64,000 nucleotides of DNA from a virus. The stretch spans positions 13,277 to 77,276 of the IMG/VR virus record IMGVR_UViG_3300020202_000068. The stretch is one strand, 5' to 3'. Of the stretch, positions 1 through 9,688 are shown one piece after another. The notes below the pieces were generated by a model. It worked only from the letters and a program-made list of their open reading frames with translations. It was not told the DNA's origin and did no database searches. Position numbers and translations under genes: made by a program. Within the stretch, counting starts at the first letter, position 1. Each line of letters begins with the position of its first letter.

Positions 1-2
1 AG

Positions 3-980
3 GGCTCGTTTGAGAACGGTGGGGACTGGGAAGCCTCCCACCAGACGCCAGAGAAGGCTCGCGAGACGATGGAGGTCATGAAGGGCCTGATCGGGATCGA
101 CCACGAGTTCGAAGTGGACGATAAGACCCGCCAGTACCAGGGCCGCACCCAATACCGGCTCAAGAACTGGCCGGGCAAGCCGCAGTACAGTGGAGGTGGG
201 GGTGGTGGTCGCTCTGGTGGAGGCAGCTTCCAGACACAGTACCGCAACTCCGAGCAGGGCGCGAAGGAAGAGCGGGACTCAATTGCTCGTAGCGTGGCCC
301 TTCAGCAGGCCGTCGTCTTTATCGGCAGCGACAGTAAAGAGCCTGGGGAGGTGCTTTCGGCTGCGGATCGCTTCTACGAGTGGCTGGTGAAGAATAATAA
401 GCCCGTCTCTCAGGCCTTTCAGCAGGCCGCCAACACCGAGGCAACAACGCCCGTCACGGCCGGCACACAGAGCAAGATAGTCCAGAAGGCCAATACGCTC
501 TTCAACGAACCCGACAAACCGGCTCCTCCGGCTGGTGGCTACAAGACGATGACGTGCCCTAAGTGCGGCAAGCCAGAAGCCGTCCGCAAGAGCAAGCTCG
601 ACGGAACACCTCCCTGGTACTGCTACAGCAAGATCGGTGGCTGCGGGCATCAATGGGGCGATACCCAGCCACTCACCAGCGACGCGCCGGTCGAGCATAA
701 GTCCCCCGCCGTCCTGGCATCAGAACAGATCGCCCTCTCCGTGAAGAAGGGGGACATGACTCATCTCAAGAAGGTCATGGAGCGGATCGCGGAGCGGGTG
801 ATCGACGGGGGTATCAGCCAGGCGGAAGCCGACGAGCTGGACATCGAGACCCAGACAGCCAAAAAGGCCATCGAATCAGGCCAATCGTACAACGAGTGGT
901 ATCAGAAGATGCTCCAAGCCGTGCAGAATCGCGAAAGCGAAACCCATCCCGATATGCAGGAGCTTGAGAAGAGGTTCTAG
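3..980 (+). CDS. ssDNA-binding/recombination-type protein with Zn ribbon (5'-truncated)
   Basis: Frame is open from base 3 to the ATG at 69. Gly-rich linker, SIARSVALQQAV..VLSAADRFYEW motif typical of phage SSB-like proteins, and CPKCG...C..GGC Zn ribbon. Confidence 0.45.
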   Translation, partial: GSFENGGDWEASHQTPEKARETMEVMKGLIGIDHEFEVDDKTRQYQGRTQYRLKNWPGKPQYSGGGGGGRSGGGSFQTQYRNSEQGAKEERDSIARSVALQQAVVFIGSDSKEPGEVLSAADRFYEWLVKNNKPVSQAFQQAANTEATTPVTAGTQSKIVQKANTLFNEPDKPAPPAGGYKTMTCPKCGKPEAVRKSKLDGTPPWYCYSKIGGCGHQWGDTQPLTSDAPVEHKSPAVLASEQIALSVKKGDMTHLKKVMERIAERVIDGGISQAEADELDIETQTAKKAIESGQSYNEWYQKMLQAVQNRESETHPDMQELEKRF

Positions 981-1023
981 GGGTTAGGAAGCCCGCTGTT
1001 TCGTTTACTTCTTTGGAGGATTT

Positions 1024-2037
1024 ATGACTGCTGTAGCTACCGCTCCGGCCACTGACCGCCAGCTGACGATCGAGATGCCGGATGAGCCGATTTACGACAT
1101 CTCCAGCCTTGGAGAAGGAATTGCTCTTCGCAACCGCCGTACCGTTGAGTTCACGACCGAGTTCGCCGCAGACTTCCTGAGTCGCTATGCGGAGTTTTGG
1201 GTTAATGACGAGAAGGTGGATCGCAAGCTCTCCGACAATCATGTGATCTACCTGGGTCGCGAGATGCTCTCCAGTAACTTTCGCTGGGAGCAGGTTAATC
1301 TCGTGATCGCGGAGGTTGAAGGCACGATCTATCGCCTCAACGGTCAGCACACCGCCTGGGCCCGGCTGTACGCCGACGACGAGGGCCTCGATAAGAAGAC
1401 CCGCTGCCCGGTCCAGCTCCTGCGGTACAACTGCGAGACGATCCAGGACGCACGACGACTCTACGCCTCCCTGGATCGCGGCCGTCCTCGCGGCCAGAAT
1501 ACCGTCGTCCAGTCCCATCTCCTGGGGACCGAGGAGTTCGAAGGGTACAAATCCAGCCAGCTCAGCCTCCTCTCACAGGGCCTGGCGTTCTGGATGTGGG
1601 ACAGTATGCACACCCGGGGCCTGCATGGCGGGGACGATCGGGCCTACCTGCTCCTCAAGGACTACCACAAGCTGGCCCTGGCGGTCGGCAACATCATTAA
1701 GCAGTCCAAGGCCTCCGACTTTAAGCATATGAAGCGGGCTCCGGTCGTGGGAGCAATGTTCGAGACCTTCAGCAAGGCCCCGCAGATCGCTCACGACTTC
1801 TGGCTGTCCGTGCGGGATGGGGTGGGCATCGGTGACAAAGAGGACCCCCGCTGGACGCTCCGGGAATACCTAAAAAACACGATCCTCTCGAAGTCCAAGG
1901 TCCATGCCGACCTGAAGATCGTGACTCAGGAAGAGACCTACCGGGCCTGCGTTCATATGTGGAACGCTCACCGCTCTGGGCGGCGGGTGAAGCACATCCG
2001 GGTCAACATGACGGAAGCCCGGCCCACGGCCCGTTAA
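1024..2037 (+). CDS. ParB/Srx-like (DGQHR-type) domain protein
   Basis: GGAGG SD; DRKLSDNHV...LNGQHT motif resembling the ParB-N/DGQHR signature. Confidence 0.55.
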   Translation: MTAVATAPATDRQLTIEMPDEPIYDISSLGEGIALRNRRTVEFTTEFAADFLSRYAEFWVNDEKVDRKLSDNHVIYLGREMLSSNFRWEQVNLVIAEVEGTIYRLNGQHTAWARLYADDEGLDKKTRCPVQLLRYNCETIQDARRLYASLDRGRPRGQNTVVQSHLLGTEEFEGYKSSQLSLLSQGLAFWMWDSMHTRGLHGGDDRAYLLLKDYHKLALAVGNIIKQSKASDFKHMKRAPVVGAMFETFSKAPQIAHDFWLSVRDGVGIGDKEDPRWTLREYLKNTILSKSKVHADLKIVTQEETYRACVHMWNAHRSGRRVKHIRVNMTEARPTAR

Positions 2038-2049
2038 TTCAACCATTAG

Positions 2050-2682
2050 ATGGCAGCGAGGAAGACGACGCCTGTCATGGAGATCAATATGCCGGCACCG
2101 AAGATAGTTCAGAAGCTACACGACAAACCGTCGTTCCCGACGACGTACAAAATCGCCTGCCGGGACCACGGCAAGCAGGTCTCTGCCATCATGGATCGGG
2201 TCGCAGCCAGCAAGTCCGAGACGATTAAAGCAGCCGTCAACGACCCAGCGGGGATTAAATGGCAGTTCGTAATGGCGCGGGCGAAAGACCCGGATGACCT
2301 GGAGACCGCCGAGCAGATCAAGGACTACTTCATCAAGAAGAGCAGGGTCTATCTCAAGGCCACGGTCGGTGCGCCAGGCTCCGGGGGACGTTCCCTGCAA
2401 TACGAGCCACTGGACACCATTCCGGTCTCGATCATGGCCCTCTTCGAGCAGAAGGCCAGCCAACTGGCGAAGCGCCGCGACCAGGAGGATACTGACATCG
2501 ACGCCGAAGAGGAGCAGGGGGCCCTGATGATCGGCTACCGGGGAGACGAGGACAGCCTGGTCTCGATCCTCGATCGCTGGTGGACCACCCACCCTCAAGC
2601 CGATAAGCGGCTCTACTACTACGTGCGTGAGGGAGTAAAGCAACTTATGGAGTCGGCTGGCGAAACCAGCCGGAGACGATGA
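2050..2682 (+). CDS. hypothetical protein
   Basis: Operon-contiguous 210 aa ORF; ATGA overlap with next gene. Confidence 0.7.
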   Translation: MAARKTTPVMEINMPAPKIVQKLHDKPSFPTTYKIACRDHGKQVSAIMDRVAASKSETIKAAVNDPAGIKWQFVMARAKDPDDLETAEQIKDYFIKKSRVYLKATVGAPGSGGRSLQYEPLDTIPVSIMALFEQKASQLAKRRDQEDTDIDAEEEQGALMIGYRGDEDSLVSILDRWWTTHPQADKRLYYYVREGVKQLMESAGETSRRR

Positions 2683-3464
2683 GCGATACAGCGAGGCCGG
2701 GGGAATTGCCGACAGAGGTAGACAACAAACGCAATAGCATTATGTGGATACACTACCCGCCAGCCGAAGGGTGGGCGCTGGTCAATCGTGGAGTCACGGA
2801 GTTTAACCGTCACAAGATGGTGTCTATCAGCTTCTCGGCTGACGGTGGTAAATCGTGGTCTAGCTGTGGTTTCGCAAAAAGGAGTTGGGCTGAGTCACTG
2901 TTTGCCAGGATAGATTCGGCCCTCAAGGCCATCGCGCCCGCTGGAGAGCAGACCCCAGATCAGCGACGAGCCACGGCCGCCGCAAGCATCACGGATGAGC
3001 AGCTATCGTTAGTCGAAGTGTCCGAAGAACCCGCCGGCGAGCAAAGGCAGGGTGAGAAGGTGGCGTGGTCCGCCGAACGTATCCGCAAGGAGCTTGGTCA
3101 GTTGTTCGCCAATCGCTTCAACTGCTGGGCGAAGAAAGTCGATGACCCAGAGCCGGACGACGAGATCGGCAGTCACATGGCCATGTCGCAGGATCGCTTC
3201 GTTGAAGTGGTGGGGCCGCTCTTAAAGCAACTGGCCGACGATTACGGGATGCTGACTGCGGCTGCGACCCGGGCCAAAGAGGCGGCAGAGAAAGAGCGAG
3301 GTGCGATTGCCGGCGAGATATACCGGCTCAAGATCGCAGCCAAGCAACTAATGAAGGCGCTCGATCAAGACGAAGCGTCAGGACTGGCGGCCTTTAAAAA
3401 TTCCGACCACACACTCGTTGGCGACCTACTGGAGCTGAGAAGGGCGTTAAATGTCGGGCGGTAA
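2679..3464 (+). CDS. hypothetical protein (C-terminal coiled coil)
   Basis: Translationally coupled 261 aa ORF. Confidence 0.65.
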   Translation: MSDTARPGELPTEVDNKRNSIMWIHYPPAEGWALVNRGVTEFNRHKMVSISFSADGGKSWSSCGFAKRSWAESLFARIDSALKAIAPAGEQTPDQRRATAAASITDEQLSLVEVSEEPAGEQRQGEKVAWSAERIRKELGQLFANRFNCWAKKVDDPEPDDEIGSHMAMSQDRFVEVVGPLLKQLADDYGMLTAAATRAKEAAEKERGAIAGEIYRLKIAAKQLMKALDQDEASGLAAFKNSDHTLVGDLLELRRALNVGR

Positions 3465-3551
3465 TCCGCATTGACAAATTGACGGCAGGATGCCATTTTG
3501 TCCCGCACTGTCACAAAACTACGTCACGCACACCATCGGGAGGGATTTCGT

Positions 3552-4325
3552 ATGGGTCAGGAGTTGAAGGCCGCCGGTTTAGCTCAAGGCCGCATTACGC
3601 TCAAGACCGCCGCCGAGCACATCAATCGGCTGCACCAGGAAGCCACGAACTTCTGCAAGGCCGGGCTGCTGAAGGCCATTGAGGCAGGGGAGGAGTTAGC
3701 CAGGACCAGGTCCGCCATTAAGCACGGGGCGTTTGGAGCCTGGGTCGAGTCGGAGTGCGAGTTCACGCTCCGCACGGCCCAGCGCTACATGGACCTCGCC
3801 GAGAATAAGGACAAACTGTACGAGGACATTGGCCCCGGGCAGATGTCGATCACGACCTTAAATGAGGGGATTGCCAAGCTCACGCAGAAGCGCAAGGAGA
3901 AAAAGGATGCTCTTAAAGCCGCCACTTTACCAGCAAGGGAACCTGCTGTTTCAGAGAATAAACCCACGGAGGGAGCCGTCGATGAGTGCATCAAGGGAGG
4001 AGCCCACAATTGGGAAGGTGACGTGGAGCTTCCCGGCGAGTTCTGTGCCAAATGCCACGAAGCGCGACCCGCTGTACGATCGGCCCCTGACGCGGATGAT
4101 TCGGGATATTCTGCGGCTGAACGATCCGACCCTGAAGAGGAAGCTGATTGTGGCCTGGCTGAGAGGGGATTGGCCGACGATCTCCTCAGCGAACTTGCCG
4201 CCCTACTCAAAGAGGCAGCGGACCTCGTTGACCAAGCGGCGAAAGCCCGCCCGTCGCCGCTCAAAGAAAGCGTCCTGACGAGCCTGACCGTGGCGTATGA
4301 AGATGTTCTTAAATGGAGGAAGTGA
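3552..4325 (+). CDS. DUF3102-family protein
   Basis: GEELARTRSAIKHGAFGAWVESECEFTLRTAQRYM signature. Start moved from TTG 3498 to ATG 3552, which has a GGAGG SD. Confidence 0.75.
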   Translation: MGQELKAAGLAQGRITLKTAAEHINRLHQEATNFCKAGLLKAIEAGEELARTRSAIKHGAFGAWVESECEFTLRTAQRYMDLAENKDKLYEDIGPGQMSITTLNEGIAKLTQKRKEKKDALKAATLPAREPAVSENKPTEGAVDECIKGGAHNWEGDVELPGEFCAKCHEARPAVRSAPDADDSGYSAAERSDPEEEADCGLAERGLADDLLSELAALLKEAADLVDQAAKARPSPLKESVLTSLTVAYEDVLKWRK

Positions 4326-4600
4326 TGAGCGTTGAAACTGATGGTGATGTCCCCATTGAATCGCTCCTGGCTGAATTGTGGTCGGCCGCTCCTATGCCGA
4401 TCTCGCTCACCATCGGTGAGTGGGGTTATGCGATGGCCGATATGGAGATGAGCATCAAGCGATCCAGGGCAGCTGGCGAGACGACGGTCGCCGACTGCCT
4501 GGAGGCCATTCTCCACAAGATGGAGGGCCAACTATTTCCGCAGTTTGGGCTGTCGTCGAGCGTCGAGGAGATTCGCCAGGCTACACGATTACAGGACTGA
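4325..4600 (+). CDS. hypothetical protein
   Basis: TGATG overlap with upstream stop; GGAGG SD. Confidence 0.6.
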   Translation: MSVETDGDVPIESLLAELWSAAPMPISLTIGEWGYAMADMEMSIKRSRAAGETTVADCLEAILHKMEGQLFPQFGLSSSVEEIRQATRLQD

Positions 4601-4614
4601 GAAGCTAAGAACGG

Positions 4615-6180
4615 ATGCTGGAATTACGTGACTATCAAGTAATCGCGGTCCGTCAGGTGTTTGACGCCTGGCGGGCTGGTCATCGTTCGGTGGTGCTCGT
4701 CGCGCCAACAGGGATGGGGAAGCGGATCGTGGCCTTGTGGCTGATGCAATACGCAGCCCAGGCCCGGAGGAAGGTGCTGTTCGTGGGCAACCGCCGGCTC
4801 CTGATCAACCAGGCCCAGGTCGATGCCGAGAAGTTCGGCCTGGATTACGGCGTGCTAATGGCCGACGCCGAGATGGGCAACGCCGGAGCCTCGAACCAGA
4901 TCGCATCCATTCAGTCCCTGGAGAGCTGGTATTTCTATGAACGATTCTCCGACATTCCCACCGGTAGGGGACTGCCCCCAGCCAACTGCGTCATTATTGA
5001 CGAAGGCCATCAGGATGTTGGACGATATGGCACCCTTCTTGGGTTTTATCCCGATGCAAAAATACTCATCCTTACGGCGACACCTGCTGGCGCTGAGGGC
5101 CGGGCTCTCGTCCCGTCGCCCTACGAAGTGATGGTCGAGCCGGTGAAGAACTCGCAGCTCATCCAGCGATTCCGCGACACCGGAGAGGGACTCCTCCCCG
5201 TGAAGGTGTTCGCCCCCAGCGAGCCGTTTCTCAAGGGAGTCTCGATTGATGGTCAGAAAGAATACAACCAAGCGAAGCTCGGCAGGGCGGTCCAAAGCTG
5301 CACCGTCGCGGCCGATGTCTTCAAAGAGTGGGAGCCGCACCAAGACCGGGCGACTGTCTGCTTTGTCCCAGGAATACCTTTCGGGCGTTCACTCGCCGGG
5401 CAATTCAATGATCGTTACGGTTCAGGGACGGCACACCTCATCGAAGCCAAGACAAAACCCCACGATCGGGAGCGGATTATTAACTCGATTAGAGACGGGG
5501 AGAGCCGGGTGCTGGTCTCGTGCGACGTTCTACGAGAGGGGTTTGACCTGCCCCTACTGTCTCTCGGAATTGATCTACAGCCTAATGCTCAGCTCCGAAC
5601 ATACTGGCAAAAACTTGGACGCATTAAGCGTCCTGAAGCAGGTCAAAGTGAAGCTATTTGGCTTGATTTCGCCGGCAACTACTGGCAGTTCCCCCACCCC
5701 GACGAAGACCCGGAGTGGCCGGTCGGCAGCGAAGAGACGACACAGGAGCTGATCCAGCGGAAGCGGAAGGAGCAGGGCGAGTCGCAGCCGATTATGTGCC
5801 CGAAGTGCTCGTACGTGCGGGCCAAAGGCCCTACCTGCCCCAACTGTGGCCACACCTCCGCGAATCCGATCCGCCGCATTCGGATGGGGGACGGCAGGCT
5901 GCAAGAGGTTCCGGCCGTGGCCCGTAAGGCCAAAGAACTGACGGCCGAGCAGCGGATGTTCAATAAATGGAAACAGAGGCTCTTTGCGGCCCTGCATTCC
6001 GGCTTGACGTATGGGCAATGTGCTGCCATCTTCAAGCGAGAGACGGGTCAGTCACCGCGTCACGGGTGGCCCGGGGTTTATCCCGCCCACGATCTATCGT
6101 GGAGCCGGAAGCCTCAACATGATCACAGTCGTGGCAGCCTCAACGCTGCCTGCCGTCACTATCAGGAGTCCATGGAATGA
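4615..6180 (+). CDS. SF2 DEXH helicase (RadD/YejH/Irc3-like) with C-terminal Zn finger
   Basis: LRDYQ Q-motif, APTGMGKR Walker A, IIDEGH, LTATP, EGFDLP, QKLGRIKR, CPKC/CPNC. Confidence 0.9.
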   Translation: MLELRDYQVIAVRQVFDAWRAGHRSVVLVAPTGMGKRIVALWLMQYAAQARRKVLFVGNRRLLINQAQVDAEKFGLDYGVLMADAEMGNAGASNQIASIQSLESWYFYERFSDIPTGRGLPPANCVIIDEGHQDVGRYGTLLGFYPDAKILILTATPAGAEGRALVPSPYEVMVEPVKNSQLIQRFRDTGEGLLPVKVFAPSEPFLKGVSIDGQKEYNQAKLGRAVQSCTVAADVFKEWEPHQDRATVCFVPGIPFGRSLAGQFNDRYGSGTAHLIEAKTKPHDRERIINSIRDGESRVLVSCDVLREGFDLPLLSLGIDLQPNAQLRTYWQKLGRIKRPEAGQSEAIWLDFAGNYWQFPHPDEDPEWPVGSEETTQELIQRKRKEQGESQPIMCPKCSYVRAKGPTCPNCGHTSANPIRRIRMGDGRLQEVPAVARKAKELTAEQRMFNKWKQRLFAALHSGLTYGQCAAIFKRETGQSPRHGWPGVYPAHDLSWSRKPQHDHSRGSLNAACRHYQESME

Positions 6181-6587
6181 AGGCTGAAGAATTGACCGCT
6201 GATTTTTTGGATTGGCTCAAGGGGGTGGGCGAGAAGTCCGCCGAGTTCATCGAGCGCGAGTCCCCACTCTTGGCCCAGGAGATCGTCGCCTGGCACTTCT
6301 GGAGCAACGCCGTTGAGGCGTGCCTGGGGATTCTATTCGCTTCCGTATTCGCTGCCGCATCTGCATATGCCTTTCGGAAGTGGATGCAGATGGCCCCCAT
6401 CAGCCGGGACACTCCCAATGAACACGATGGGAAAGTGCTCGCGCTGGGCTTCGGCTGGGGAATCCTGGCCGCTATCGCCGTCCTGATTTTGGCGATTCAT
6501 CTAACGGATGGCGTCTGGGGTATGGCAAAAGCCTCCTGCGCCCCGCGTCTCGTCATCATCGAAAACCTGAAAGGACTCGCGAAATGA
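6177..6587 (+). CDS. membrane protein (2 TM)
   Basis: Two hydrophobic segments; coupled to neighbours. Confidence 0.65.
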   Translation: MKAEELTADFLDWLKGVGEKSAEFIERESPLLAQEIVAWHFWSNAVEACLGILFASVFAAASAYAFRKWMQMAPISRDTPNEHDGKVLALGFGWGILAAIAVLILAIHLTDGVWGMAKASCAPRLVIIENLKGLAK

Positions 6588-6835
6588 CTAAGGAAGCTAT
6601 CGACGCCATGCTCGACCAGCTGGAAACGGCCATGCGTGAGTCGGCCGAGATGATGGTCAAGCTCAAGGCCCCGTCCACCGACGGCTCGATGCGGCCATCG
6701 CAGAGCCTGCGGATGATGTCGATCTGCGTGATGTTTGGCGAGATCATTGCCAGCTCCTTGGATTCCGGGGACAGGTCGGCCATGGAAATGTACCGGCGCA
6801 TGGTCCAAGAGCTAAATGAGAGGGAAGATGACTAA
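6584..6835 (+). CDS. hypothetical protein
   Basis: ATGA-coupled ORF. Confidence 0.6.
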   Translation: MTKEAIDAMLDQLETAMRESAEMMVKLKAPSTDGSMRPSQSLRMMSICVMFGEIIASSLDSGDRSAMEMYRRMVQELNEREDD

Positions 6836-7169
6836 CCAGGAACTGCGGGATAACATCCTCCGGGACATCAAAGCCGCCTACCGGGACATCAAGCGGCTCA
6901 ACTGCCAGCTCAATACGCCGGCCATGAAGCGGGTCTATCGGACAATCTGCCCGGCCAGGAAGGCGAGGGACGAGCAGAAGTCTGCCTACCGGATCGGAAT
7001 CATGGAAGCAGAGGATGAGCTGCTTCTGGCCTGGGATCGACTGCCTGAGGTAGATAAGCGGCTTCCGCCCACAGCCAGACTCAAGGAGGCGATGGCCTTC
7101 GGGGCTTCGCTCACGCGGCACCCCTATCGCCGTAAATACATGAAGAACCAGCTACAGCTGACGACCTAA
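6828..7169 (+). CDS. hypothetical basic protein
   Basis: GAGAGGGA SD; last gene before a terminator. Confidence 0.6.
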   Translation: MTNQELRDNILRDIKAAYRDIKRLNCQLNTPAMKRVYRTICPARKARDEQKSAYRIGIMEAEDELLLAWDRLPEVDKRLPPTARLKEAMAFGASLTRHPYRRKYMKNQLQLTT

Positions 7170-7248
7170 CGGAGCCGCAGGGATCGCGGTGGCCGGCAAG
7201 GACCGTCGGCCTGGCAAGGACGCGACCGGGCGAAGAGGCCCATTTTTC
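7169..7248 (+). ncRNA. candidate CsrB/RsmZ-like multi-GGA RNA (3'UTR) ending in an intrinsic terminator
   Basis: ACGGA, then hairpins CCGC-AGGGATC-GCGG, GGCCGGC-AAGGACC-GTCGGCC and CCTGG-CAAGGACGCGA-CCGGG, then GGGC-GAAGAG-GCCC-ATTTTT. Confidence 0.6.
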
Positions 7249-7262
7249 GTCCATCACGCGCC

Positions 7263-7291
7263 TTGACGCCAGTCACGGCCAAGTCAATAAT
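7263..7291 (+). promoter_or_regulatory. sigma70-like promoter
   Basis: TTGACG-17 bp-AATAAT directly after the terminator; contains a TTGAC...GTCAA inverted repeat. Confidence 0.5.
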
Positions 7292-7457
7292 CCACCACTG
7301 TCACGCAGCAGCTCAGCGTAAGAGGTCCTTTTCCGGCTCGTCCGGCAGGGCCGACCGAGAATAATCTCTTAGCCTTTCTGGCCACGGGACTCCTGCTCGG
7401 TCGATCACCCTGGTGACAGGGAGGGCCTCTTACCCTGGGCTGCCCAAGGAGTCACGG

Positions 7458-7862
7458 ATGAGCCTGACATTCAGGAGCGAATCCGACCTACTGCACTATC
7501 TCACCACCTCCCCACGCGGGAAGGGCATCCTCCGCGAGGCCTGTACCGAGAAGTGGATCACTGACGAGATATTGGAGTACAACCGCACCACGCACATCCT
7601 CGTGAAGGCTTATCGGGACGGCTGGATCGAGGTCTATGGACCAAAGACTACCCGCGCTCGCATCGTCTTCCTGGGTCGCACAACGACCTTCCCCGAGTAC
7701 GAAGTCACCCTTGAACGGCACCTTGATAGCCTCCTACCCACGCCGTATCGCGAAGTGCATTACCCCGGAAACAGACGGGCCATCGGCTATAGGTATAGCG
7801 GTCTTGAGAAAGACCGAGAGGTGAGGCTGCCGTGGAGCGGAGCGTTAAAATGTTCGAAGTGA
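7458..7862 (+). CDS. hypothetical protein
   Basis: AAGGAG SD before ATG 7458. Confidence 0.65.
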   Translation: MSLTFRSESDLLHYLTTSPRGKGILREACTEKWITDEILEYNRTTHILVKAYRDGWIEVYGPKTTRARIVFLGRTTTFPEYEVTLERHLDSLLPTPYREVHYPGNRRAIGYRYSGLEKDREVRLPWSGALKCSK

Positions 7863-8047
7863 GGAGCGTAGAAGGTAAGTTGCTGGGTAGCTACCTCATC
7901 AAGGATGAGGCCATTGGCCGCATGAATGAGTGGCCCCACGCTCATTACGTGGTCGAGGTGTACGAGGTGCGGCAGCTGGTCACTACCAAGGAGCAGGGAG
8001 GCTCTAGTGAAGCGAATAAGCCCGAAGCGCCGGAAGCGTATTTCTGA
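7850..8047 (+). CDS. hypothetical protein
   Basis: Short ORF contiguous in the operon. Confidence 0.5.
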   Translation: MFEVRSVEGKLLGSYLIKDEAIGRMNEWPHAHYVVEVYEVRQLVTTKEQGGSSEANKPEAPEAYF

Positions 8048-8372
8048 GGTCGCTCCGTTCCGGGAGGCCTTCAAGCTGGAAGTCGGCTGCTGTGAGCGAT
8101 GTCGCAAGCGGAGACACCTGGATGTCCATGAAATCGCCCGAGGATGTGACCGCAGCAAGGCCCTCGACAAGCGATACGCCCTGCTCGTGCTATGTCGAGA
8201 ATGCCACGATCACATGGATCATTGGTCCCGTGCCAAGCAACTATGTCTGCTGTATATCCGACGACCATACGACTTTGATCTCGGACGCTATCACGTCCTT
8301 ATTTGCCGCCGGACTCCCGAGATGGGCGAAGTCCTGGCCTGGGTGGAGCATTTAATGGAGGAGCTAAGATGA
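8007..8372 (+). CDS. HNH-type endonuclease
   Basis: CERC...DVHEI...LCRECH; GGAGG SD before GTG 8007. Confidence 0.75.
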   Translation: MKRISPKRRKRISEVAPFREAFKLEVGCCERCRKRRHLDVHEIARGCDRSKALDKRYALLVLCRECHDHMDHWSRAKQLCLLYIRRPYDFDLGRYHVLICRRTPEMGEVLAWVEHLMEELR

Positions 8373-8821
8373 CTGACAGTGACGCCGGGTGTCTATTTAT
8401 GGTTGTGATGGCCACAGTGGCGGGAGCCGCCGGTATCGGTGGAGGATGCGTGAACAGCAGCTGGAAGAATGCTGCAATCCGAGAGGGAGTGGCCAGCTAC
8501 GATCCGGCCACGAAGGAATTTAAGTGGAAGGGAGAGTCCGATAAGCCATCAGAACCCAAGCCGGAGCTGAAGCTCGGACAGCCGGTCGTGGTCTTGCACT
8601 CCACTACGGACGACCCTTTTTTCGAGGGCAAGGTCCTGGCGTTCACGGCCGACGGCCAGATGGCTAAAGTCGCCGACACTGGTACATTCCAGTGGCAACA
8701 TATCGCAAAGCTACGACCTATCGCCACACCGGAGAAAGTCGATGAACTGCAAGGACGCATCGGAAGTCAAGCAACTCGCCAAGCAGAGCGACAAGGCGAA
8801 GCTGGAGAACAGCTTCCATAG
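8369..8821 (+). CDS. membrane-anchored protein with SH3-like C-terminus
   Basis: GGAGGAG SD; N-terminal TM; LKLGQPVVV..GKVLAF pattern. Confidence 0.55.
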   Translation: MTDSDAGCLFMVVMATVAGAAGIGGGCVNSSWKNAAIREGVASYDPATKEFKWKGESDKPSEPKPELKLGQPVVVLHSTTDDPFFEGKVLAFTADGQMAKVADTGTFQWQHIAKLRPIATPEKVDELQGRIGSQATRQAERQGEAGEQLP

Positions 8822-9149
8822 CCATTGGGTGCTAATGTTCGGCGACCTGCCAGAGCCGGTACGGCAGCATCCGATTCTTAACCCCGAGACGAACCGCCAT
8901 TTCAAGCTGGACTTCGCTTGGGTAGAGGAAAAGCTGGCAGTGGAGATTCAGGGCGGGGCCTGGGGGAAGGGCGGGCACAACACCGCGCTGGGTCAGGCCC
9001 ACGACTACGCCCGCCACAACTACCTGACTCGCATCGGCTGGAGAATCCTGTATTTCAACTCACCCATGCTCAAAGACACGGCGGGCTGCGTGGAGCTGAC
9101 CGCTGAGATACTATGCGGGGCCGAAGAAGTGATCCCGACGGAGGAATGA
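8742..9149 (+). CDS. Vsr/DUF559-like PD-(D/E)xK endonuclease
   Basis: FKLDFAW..KLAVEIQGG...H...D..R.N.L...GWRIL motif. Confidence 0.8.
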   Translation: MNCKDASEVKQLAKQSDKAKLENSFHSHWVLMFGDLPEPVRQHPILNPETNRHFKLDFAWVEEKLAVEIQGGAWGKGGHNTALGQAHDYARHNYLTRIGWRILYFNSPMLKDTAGCVELTAEILCGAEEVIPTEE

Positions 9150-9152
9150 GTA

Positions 9153-9338
9153 ATGCCCAACTACCAATGGACCATCCCGAGAGCGTCAATGCAGGCTTAC
9201 GGCAAGTGGTATGTTTACGATCCGTTCCTGGATCGCTTCGTCTCGAAGGAGCATGAGAGTAAGAACAGTAAAGAGCGTCGTGAGCGCGAGGCCCGTGAGC
9301 TGGCTGAGTTCGACGAGTGGGACCAGCGGCTGGATTAA
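9153..9338 (+). CDS. hypothetical protein
   Basis: GGAGGA SD; stop converges with the late operon (TTAA overlap). Confidence 0.55.
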   Translation: MPNYQWTIPRASMQAYGKWYVYDPFLDRFVSKEHESKNSKERREREARELAEFDEWDQRLD

Positions 9339-9670
9339 CCAATCTCCTGGTAGGTCAGGTGGCCCATTACCGCTGCCGTGCCGGCCTCGATGCTCAATGA
9401 CGCGCCGGCAGCCGTCTCTAGAAGTCCCATCGGGCAGTAATTGCCCTGCACCACCAGATCAGCTGTGGTCGTGACCATTACGCCCGAGAGGGCCGTCCCG
9501 GCGGCTCCGCTCTCGAACCGCACGGTCCCGGCGGCGGACTGGCGGATGTAGTACGCCAAGACGCGAATCTTCTTACCGGCAACGGCCGCTACCGCCTCTA
9601 CATCGCCAGCTCCAGCGCTCGTGATGACAGCGAACTTAACAGGAGCCAGGGACTGGCTGGGATGGTGCAT
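9335..9670 (-). CDS. virion structural protein (beta-sandwich)
   Basis: Ala/Gly/Thr-rich; terminal late gene; RBS hairpin. Confidence 0.6.
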   Translation of the reverse strand: MHHPSQSLAPVKFAVITSAGAGDVEAVAAVAGKKIRVLAYYIRQSAAGTVRFESGAAGTALSGVMVTTTADLVVQGNYCPMGLLETAAGASLSIEAGTAAVMGHLTYQEIG

Positions 9671-9688
9671 TATCGTAATCCTTTACGG

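Noticed and set aside
3484-3494. GGCA-GGA-TGCC hairpin before TTG 3498 as a CsrA site on an early gene
   Set aside because: It lies within a TTGACA-type promoter spacer, and the better start is ATG 3552, so it is probably not in an RBS.
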